Made by a program: the position numbers and the translations under genes
Notes under the pieces: model-generated
Databases searched by the model: none
Seen by the model: the letters and a program-made list of their open reading frames with translations, nothing else
What the model was told of the DNA's origin: nothing
Part shown: in pieces, positions 58,073 to 64,000 of the stretch
Layout: each line of letters starts with the position of its first letter
How positions within the stretch are numbered: position 1 is the stretch's first letter
NCBI GenBank assembly: GCA_026706595.1
Contig: JAPOYL010000013.1
Coordinates: forward strand, 75,705 to 139,704
Origin: Gammaproteobacteria bacterium
Lineage (GTDB): Bacteria; Pseudomonadota; Gammaproteobacteria; UBA4575
Reading direction: 5' to 3'
Length of the DNA stretch: 64,000 bases

Positions 58073-59137
58073 CTAGTTTCGAGTATTCAAGGCTTCGCCG
58101 AGCAGACGGGCCGTCAGGTCGACGATTGGAATCACGCGGTTGTAGGACATCCGGGTCGGGCCCACGACGGCCAGCACACCCATCACTTCATCATCCACCG
58201 TGTACGGTGAGGTAATGACACTGCAGTCATCCAGCACCGCATAACCGGATTCCTGACCAATGAAAATCTGTACGCCATCGGCACAGATGCAGCGATCCAG
58301 CAGACGCAGGAATTCCCGCTTCTGGCTGAAGGCCTCAAACAGGCTCCTGAGCTTCTCGATGTCGGACAGGTCATCAAACTCCATGAGATTGGTCTGTCCC
58401 ACCACCACGTAATCGGATTTCCCGGAGCCGGAAAACACCTGCTCTCCCATCTCGACGGCAGAACGCATGAGATCGTTCATGTGCTCACGCAGGCGGTCCA
58501 ATTCCTGGAGGATTTTCTGTCTTGCCGCCACCAGGTCCTGGCCGGCGCACAGTTCGTTGATGTAGTTGGCTGCCTGCTGCAGTTCGGCCTCAGTGTAATC
58601 GCGATCGGCCTGCAAAATCCGGTTCTGTACCTCCCGCTGGTTCATGACCAGGATTGCCAGCACCCGATGTTCTGAAAGCGGCAGGAATTCGATGTGGCGA
58701 AACTCGGCGCGCTCGATCCTGGGCAGCGTAACCACTCCCGCCATGCCGGTCAGGCCGGACAGCAGTGTCGAGGCACTCTCCACCAGGCCATTTACATTCT
58801 GGGAAGGATCCAGGTTTTCCTTCATCTGCGAGACCACGTCGGTGGTGATCGGCTGGACCTTGAGCATGGTGTCCACGAACAGGCGATAGCCCTTGGTCGT
58901 GGGGATGCGCCCGGCCGAGGTATGCGGGGATTCCACGAAGCCAAAGTCTTCCAGATCTGCCATGACGTTGCGCACGGTGGCCGGACTGATCTCCAGGGCG
59001 GACTTGCGTGCCAGGGTACGTGAACCCTGCGGCTGTCCTTCCGAGATATAGCTCTCCACCAGGACTTTCAGCAGCAACTGGGTCCGCTCGTTCAATGAAT
59101 AGTTTTGCTCTTCGATTGCAGCCATGGTCCGGGGCAT
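58073..59137 (-). CDS. hrcA: Heat-inducible transcription repressor HrcA
   Basis: 354 aa. N-terminal winged helix (LNERTQLLLKVLVESYISEGQPQGSRTLA), TSAGRIPTTKGYRLFVD. First gene of hrcA-grpE-dnaK-dnaJ. Confidence 0.93.
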   Translation of the reverse strand: MPRTMAAIEEQNYSLNERTQLLLKVLVESYISEGQPQGSRTLARKSALEISPATVRNVMADLEDFGFVESPHTSAGRIPTTKGYRLFVDTMLKVQPITTDVVSQMKENLDPSQNVNGLVESASTLLSGLTGMAGVVTLPRIERAEFRHIEFLPLSEHRVLAILVMNQREVQNRILQADRDYTEAELQQAANYINELCAGQDLVAARQKILQELDRLREHMNDLMRSAVEMGEQVFSGSGKSDYVVVGQTNLMEFDDLSDIEKLRSLFEAFSQKREFLRLLDRCICADGVQIFIGQESGYAVLDDCSVITSPYTVDDEVMGVLAVVGPTRMSYNRVIPIVDLTARLLGEALNTRN

Positions 59138-59241
59138 TTCAGGCCGGGACTGGGAATTCCATGCCAGATAGTACCTAAAACATCATTGCAGCACTGTGCA
59201 GAAATTGTCAAGGAGACTTATCGCTCCTAACAGATGAGATG

Positions 59242-59250
59242 TTTGACTAG
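59242..59250. repeat. 9-mer TTTGACTAG, left flank of the tnpB element
   Basis: The identical 9-mer recurs at 60497-60505. Confidence 0.8.
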
Positions 59251-60496
59251 GAAGTTATATACTTATACTCCGCAATGAAAACGCACCGCACCATCCGCTA
59301 TCGCCTGCATCCACGCACGCAGGCAAAGGCCCGCAGGCTGCATGAGCTGGCGGGCGCGTGCCGGTATGTGTGGAACCACTTTGTCGGAGTGCTCAGGGAT
59401 GAATACGTGGCCTACGGGAAGTGCGATCCGCGCTGGTATACGCTCAACATGAGATTCACAAATCTTCGCAAGCAATTCCCGTGGTTGCAGGGCTATTCCT
59501 GCTCTATCGTCAGGCAGTCATTGAAACCCATCGAAACCGCCTACAAGAAATTCTATGCAGGAAAAGGCGGCTTACCGAAGTTCCATGGCAGGCACACGCA
59601 TGCACCGTCCATCCCGCTGGGTACGGGCATGTTCAAGCTGCAGGGAGACTTCCTGCACGTGCAGAAAATCGGTCAACTGAAACTTTGTGGCAACAATCCT
59701 TACCCAGACGGGATCGCCAAAAGCGGCACGATCAAGCATGAGTGTGGCAAGTGGTATGCCTACATCACGTATGAAGTACAGATCACGGCCTTGCCATCCT
59801 CGATCAAGCCCGTGGGCATCGATCGCAACGTCGGCCAGGTCGCCCGTTCCGATGGTGTGGTGCACTACACGCCTGACATGGCCCTGCTTGAGGCGCGCAA
59901 GCGCCGCTACCAGCGCATGATGGCCCGCAGGCAGTGTGGTAACAGGAAACAAGGTATCAAGCCCAGTCACCGCTATCTCAAGGCAAAGAACCTTTATGCC
60001 CGCACCCAGCAGAAGATCGTGCAGGCACGCACCGACTGGTGCCACCAGGTATCGAGAGAAATTGCAGACGACTATACCCTAATCTACATGGAAGACCTGA
60101 ATACGAAAGGCATGACAGCGAGTGCAAAAGGAACGCAGGAGGATCCGGGCAAGCACGTGAAGCAGAAAGCCGGCCTCAATCACTCCATCCTAAACTCGGG
60201 CTGGGGCAAACTTGAGCAGTGCCTCGGGTACAAGGCCAGCGTGATGAAGGTAGCACCACACTACACCAGCCAGGCCTGCCATGCGTGCGGACACACAGAC
60301 AAACATAACAGGAAGACCCGGGCCTACCATGAGTGTGTGGCCTGCGGGTATCGGGCTCATGCAGATGTAAACGCTGCATTGAACATACTGGCCTTCGGGA
60401 ATGGGGCTGCTGGACGTGGAGGCAGCGGGATTACCCGGCCTGTGAAACGTCAAACGGATACTGAAAGTCCATTGCGGACTTAAGTATATAATTCCC
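59251..60496 (+). mobile_element. tnpB-only IS200/IS605-family (IS1341-like) element
   Basis: A single TnpB ORF with no tnpA. Imperfect inverted ends: GGAAGTTATATACTTA (59250-59265) versus TAAGTATATAATTCCC (60481-60496). Bounded by identical 9-mers. Confidence 0.7.
59275..60483 (+). CDS. tnpB: TnpB (IS605 OrfB family) RuvC-like RNA-guided endonuclease
   Basis: 402 aa. RuvC triad candidates in VGIDRNVG, IYMEDLN, HADVNAALNI. Zinc finger CHACGH..CVACGY. Confidence 0.9.
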   Translation: MKTHRTIRYRLHPRTQAKARRLHELAGACRYVWNHFVGVLRDEYVAYGKCDPRWYTLNMRFTNLRKQFPWLQGYSCSIVRQSLKPIETAYKKFYAGKGGLPKFHGRHTHAPSIPLGTGMFKLQGDFLHVQKIGQLKLCGNNPYPDGIAKSGTIKHECGKWYAYITYEVQITALPSSIKPVGIDRNVGQVARSDGVVHYTPDMALLEARKRRYQRMMARRQCGNRKQGIKPSHRYLKAKNLYARTQQKIVQARTDWCHQVSREIADDYTLIYMEDLNTKGMTASAKGTQEDPGKHVKQKAGLNHSILNSGWGKLEQCLGYKASVMKVAPHYTSQACHACGHTDKHNRKTRAYHECVACGYRAHADVNAALNILAFGNGAAGRGGSGITRPVKRQTDTESPLRT

Positions 60497-60505
60497 TTTG
60501 ACTAG
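60497..60505. repeat. 9-mer TTTGACTAG, right flank of the tnpB element
   Basis: Identical to 59242-59250. Confidence 0.8.
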
Positions 60506-60559
60506 TGCGGTTGCACAATCCGTAATAGCTTTTGGCTCATCCAGAGGCAGGCCCAGACC

Positions 60560-61450
60560 GTGAGTACATTCACCAACATAGGGATCATTTCCAAGCCGGA
60601 CGATCCGCTGATTTCAGACACCGTGCGGGCCCTGTACCGCTACCTGTCCGAGCGCTCCCTGCATATTTCCGTTGACGACGTGACCGCCGACCTGATCGAC
60701 CAGTATTCGGTCGGTGCCAGCAGCTCGGAAGAGATCGCCCAAAGCAGCAACCTGGTGATCGTGGTGGGCGGCGACGGCACGCTGCTGTATGCGGCCCACA
60801 GCATGATCGAGAAAGGCATACCGCTTCTGGGCGTCAACCTGGGACGCCTGGGATTCCTGGCTGAGGTGGCCCCCAAGGACATGGAACGGGAACTGGATGC
60901 GATCCTTGCAGGCAAATTCATCGAAGAACGCCGCTTCGTGCTGCAGACCACCCTGGTCCGCGATGGCGTGACCCACCGCGTGGCGCACGCGGTCAATGAC
61001 GTCGTCGTGCATGCCATGCAGATGGTGCGCATGATCGAAATAGAAACCCGCGTGGACGGCCAGCTCCTCGACACCCTGCGTGCCGATGGCTATATCGTGT
61101 CCACCCCGACCGGCTCGACCGCCTATGCCTTGTCGGGCGGCGGGCCCATCCTGCACCCGAGCCTGGGGGCCATCGTGCTGGTGCCGATCTGCCCGCATAC
61201 CCTGAGCAACCGGCCCGTCGTGGTCGATGCCAACAGCCGGATCGAACTGGTCCTGCCAAGGCAGAACCCACGTCACTCGGCACTGGCTTCCGTGGACGGC
61301 CAGATCAACCTGGACTTTGAGCCGGGAGACCTGCTGACCATCCAGAAGGCCAGTCACGAACTGCGCCTGATCCAGCCGCGCAACTACGACTACTTCAAGG
61401 TGCTGCAGGAAAAACTGCGCTGGAACGCGGCACCGCGCGGCAAAAAGTAG
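60560..61450 (+). CDS. nadK: NAD kinase
   Basis: 296 aa, GTG start. VVGGDGTLL, NLGRLGFL, STPTGSTAYALSGGGPI. Confidence 0.95.
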   Translation: MSTFTNIGIISKPDDPLISDTVRALYRYLSERSLHISVDDVTADLIDQYSVGASSSEEIAQSSNLVIVVGGDGTLLYAAHSMIEKGIPLLGVNLGRLGFLAEVAPKDMERELDAILAGKFIEERRFVLQTTLVRDGVTHRVAHAVNDVVVHAMQMVRMIEIETRVDGQLLDTLRADGYIVSTPTGSTAYALSGGGPILHPSLGAIVLVPICPHTLSNRPVVVDANSRIELVLPRQNPRHSALASVDGQINLDFEPGDLLTIQKASHELRLIQPRNYDYFKVLQEKLRWNAAPRGKK

Positions 61451-61470
61451 CGCTGGCGCCGGCGCAGATC

Positions 61471-63156
61471 ATGCTCAAATCCATCTACATCCGAAATTTT
61501 GCAATCATCGACGAACTGGAACTGGATTTTCATTCCGGCATGAGCGTGCTCACCGGAGAAACCGGTACCGGGAAATCCATCATCATCGATGCGCTGAACC
61601 TGGCACTCGGCAGCCGGGCAGACAGTTCCATGGCACGCAACCCGGACCAGCCGGTCGAAATAGCGGTGACACTCGATGCCGGCCAGGTGGACGCAGCCCA
61701 GGGCTGGCTGGCTGAGCACGGCCTGGATGCGGCTGGCACACATTGTGTGCTGCGCAGGGTCATCTCGACGGACGGAAAGTCCCGGGCCTACATCAATGGC
61801 TCACCCGGTCCGGTCATGCAGCTCCGAAGCCTCGGCGAGCACTTCGTCGACATCTACGGACAGCACGAATGCCAGTCGCTGATGCGCAGGGACGAGCAGC
61901 GTGCCTTGCTGGACAGCTTCTCCTCGAATGAAGCTGCAGTGGAAAAACTGGCCGCACTCTTCAAAAGCTGGCAGGAACTCGGCAAACAGCTGAGAGACGT
62001 CGAGCAAAGCCATGAAAGCGCGCACGCGCAACTGGAGTTACTGCGCTACCAGTTCCAGGAACTGGAACAACTGGGCCTGCAAGACGGAGAATACGAAGCA
62101 CTGAATGCCCGCCACATCCAGCTGAGCCATGCGAAGGAGTTGCGTGAGGGCAGCATGCGAATCTCGGACCGGCTGGCAGGCGATGGGGACGACAGGATCT
62201 TTGACACACTCGGGCAACTGCTGGTCGAACTGGAAAAGCTCAGCGCGACCGACCCGGCACTCGGAGGGCTGCTGGAGGACCTGCAGGGCATCCAGATCCA
62301 GCTGGGTGAAACGGCTGGGGGCCTGCGCGACTACTCGGAGCAGACGTCCACCGATCCGCAGGAACTGGAGTCCGTCGAGGAACGGATCTCGATGGTCGAG
62401 GAGATCGCGCGCAAGCACCGGGTCAAGGCCGCCGAACTGGCGACCCTGTACCTGACCCTCGGCGAAAAACTGGAAACCCTGGAACGCAGTCACGTGGACC
62501 CCGAAGACCTTCGCAGCGCACTGCAAGAAACGGAACAGCGCTACCGCACACTGGCTGAACAGGTCAGTGCCTCGAGAAAGGCTGCAGCCGGCATCCTGAA
62601 TGAGAAGATCACCGACTCCATGCAGACACTCGGCATGCAGGGGGGACGTTTCCAGATCGATGTCTGCCCACGGACTTCAGCGGAGCCGACGTCCCACGGG
62701 CTGGACGAATTGCAGTTTCTGGTCAGCACCAACCCCGGCCAGGAACTGCGCCCCCTGAACAAGGTGGCCTCGGGAGGCGAGCTGTCCCGGCTGAGTCTTG
62801 CCATACAGATCACGACGGCCAACAATCTCGCCATTCCGACCCTGATCTTCGACGAGGTGGATTCGGGTGTCGGTGGCGCCACCGCCGAAATCGTTGGCAA
62901 ACACCTGCATGAACTGAGCTACAATGCGCAGGTGTTCTGCGTCACCCACCTGGCCCAGGTCGCGGCCCAGGCGGACCATCATTACAAGGTGGACAAACGC
63001 GAACACGACACCTCGATCCGGACCGAAATCTCGCAGCTGCAGGAACAGGCCCGCATCGATGAACTGGCGCGCATGCTCGGCGGCATCAAGATGACCCGTC
63101 ACACACAGGAGCATGCCAAGGAGATGCTGCAACAGGGAAAACGGCGATCGGCATGA
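61471..63156 (+). CDS. recN: DNA repair protein RecN
   Basis: 561 aa. Walker A LTGETGTGKSIIIDAL, long coiled coil, signature SGGELSRLSLAI, Walker B LIFDEVDSG. Confidence 0.96.
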   Translation: MLKSIYIRNFAIIDELELDFHSGMSVLTGETGTGKSIIIDALNLALGSRADSSMARNPDQPVEIAVTLDAGQVDAAQGWLAEHGLDAAGTHCVLRRVISTDGKSRAYINGSPGPVMQLRSLGEHFVDIYGQHECQSLMRRDEQRALLDSFSSNEAAVEKLAALFKSWQELGKQLRDVEQSHESAHAQLELLRYQFQELEQLGLQDGEYEALNARHIQLSHAKELREGSMRISDRLAGDGDDRIFDTLGQLLVELEKLSATDPALGGLLEDLQGIQIQLGETAGGLRDYSEQTSTDPQELESVEERISMVEEIARKHRVKAAELATLYLTLGEKLETLERSHVDPEDLRSALQETEQRYRTLAEQVSASRKAAAGILNEKITDSMQTLGMQGGRFQIDVCPRTSAEPTSHGLDELQFLVSTNPGQELRPLNKVASGGELSRLSLAIQITTANNLAIPTLIFDEVDSGVGGATAEIVGKHLHELSYNAQVFCVTHLAQVAAQADHHYKVDKREHDTSIRTEISQLQEQARIDELARMLGGIKMTRHTQEHAKEMLQQGKRRSA

Positions 63157-63521
63157 AGTGGTTTAGAACGATAGCGTGCATGCTTTGCTGCATGGCAGTC
63201 CTTTCAGGCTGCGAGAAAGGCCTGTTGACGATCTACAAGATCGATGTCCAGCAGGGCAACGCGCTCCAGGCTGAGGATGTTGAGAAAATCAAGCTCGGCA
63301 TGAACCGGGAGCAGGTGCTCTTTGTCCTTGGCAGTCCCCTGATCGTGGACAGCTTCCACCCGGACCGGTGGGACTATGTCTACATGCTGAAGCCCGGCTA
63401 CGCACCGACGCAGCGCAGTCAACTGACGCTGGTTTTTGACCGTGACAAGGTCATCGAGATGATCCGGCACGACTCGGACGCTGTCAGCGCTCCCACCGAC
63501 GACTCGCAGGCCGCGGACTGA
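63153..63521 (+). CDS. bamE: Outer membrane protein assembly factor BamE
   Basis: 122 aa. Lipobox LSGC. IDVQQGNAL..KIKLGMNREQVLFVLGSPL (SmpA/OmlA domain). Confidence 0.92.
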   Translation: MKWFRTIACMLCCMAVLSGCEKGLLTIYKIDVQQGNALQAEDVEKIKLGMNREQVLFVLGSPLIVDSFHPDRWDYVYMLKPGYAPTQRSQLTLVFDRDKVIEMIRHDSDAVSAPTDDSQAAD

Positions 63522-63551
63522 GACCGGGCCGCCTGTCCGGAACCAGACGCT

Positions 63552-63842
63552 TCATTTCCCCCGTTCGGCAAGCTTGCGGCGTGCCTCGGCAGGACTCCTG
63601 TGCAGGGGCCGGTAGATTTCGATCCGGTCATGATCCTCGAGGCGCCGGTCCAGACGGACCGGGGTACCATAAATTCCGACGTTGCCTTCACGCACCCGGG
63701 CTTGCGGGCATCTGGAGGCGATTCCGGACTGCTCGATGGCCTGCCCGACGGTGGTCTCGGATGCTACGGTCAGCGGGATCACTTCCTGGTGATCGGCCTG
63801 TGCGAAGCAGACCGTCACCGAAATACGGTCAGCCCTCGCCAT
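63552..63842 (-). CDS. rnfH: RnfH-family ubiquitin-like protein
   Basis: 96 aa: ..VGIYGTPVRLDRRLEDHDRIEIYRPL.. The start overlaps the ratA stop. Confidence 0.9.
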   Translation of the reverse strand: MARADRISVTVCFAQADHQEVIPLTVASETTVGQAIEQSGIASRCPQARVREGNVGIYGTPVRLDRRLEDHDRIEIYRPLHRSPAEARRKLAERGK

Positions 63843-64000
63843 AGACTGCCTTCGCCCGGCTCTTGAAAGTGGCGATCATGCCATTGGCCACCTGGCTGAA
63901 GATCGGCCCCAAGGTCAGCTCGAACAGGCGGTTGGAAAATTTGAATTCCATCAGCAACTTCACATCACAGGAGTGCGCATCGACTTCCTGGAACTCCCAG
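63829..64000 (-). CDS. ratA: SRPBCC-family RatA-like protein, C-terminal part (5' end beyond the window)
   Basis: The minus strand reads WEFQEVDAHSCDVKLLMEFKFSNRLFELTLGPIFSQVANGMIATFKSRAKAVYGEG*. ratA-rnfH adjacency is conserved. Confidence 0.85.
   Translation of the reverse strand, partial: WEFQEVDAHSCDVKLLMEFKFSNRLFELTLGPIFSQVANGMIATFKSRAKAVYGEG

Noticed and set aside
59138-59241. CIRCE operator (TTAGCACTC-N9-GAGTGCTAA) upstream of hrcA; also checked upstream of grpE and dnaK
   Set aside because: No match. TTGCAGCACTGTGCAGAA is only superficially similar. A TTGACA hexamer is present, but the -10 at 17-nt spacing is poor.

Overview
The window looks like a gammaproteobacterium-type core chromosome, almost entirely transcribed on the minus strand, with four small accessory or mobile insertions.

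Core content, in coordinate order:
- dksA (3' part), an FNR-like reductase, msrB.
- The full rimP-nusA-infB-rbfA-truB-rpsO-pnp cluster.
- An LLM-family monooxygenase and ribBA.
- The complete 14-gene nuoA-N operon, with nuoC and nuoD unfused.
- Nitroreductase, tRNA-Leu(GAG), secG-tpiA-glmM-ftsH, greA, carAB.
- dapB, hrcA-grpE-dnaK-dnaJ, nadK-recN-bamE, rnfH-ratA.

Accessory regions:
1. A 2577-bp IS1-family element (16237-18813) has perfect 21-bp inverted repeats and an 8-bp target duplication. It splits a FAD-dependent oxidoreductase gene. Besides its transposase it carries a DNA methyltransferase-HNH nuclease fusion and a small basic protein. The 5' end of the methyltransferase gene is broken by a 14-nt homopolymer.
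2. An islet of about 3.3 kb lies between a diverged tRNA-Met-like copy and an intact initiator tRNA-fMet, with a third copy of the tRNA 3' end at its other edge. It encodes one very GC-rich autotransporter, split by a frameshift at a G10 tract and fused to an N-terminal domain of ordinary composition.
3. A block inserted between dapB and carA contains two paralogous TbpB-like lipoproteins, the remnant of a third, a half-size TauE/SafE protein and a small ORF.
4. A tnpB-only IS200/IS605-type element lies between hrcA and nadK.

I saw no rRNA, CRISPR array, integrase or reverse transcriptase. Most long plus-strand ORFs in the supplied track are antisense shadow ORFs of minus-strand genes. All family assignments come from motifs read by eye. 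No database search was run.
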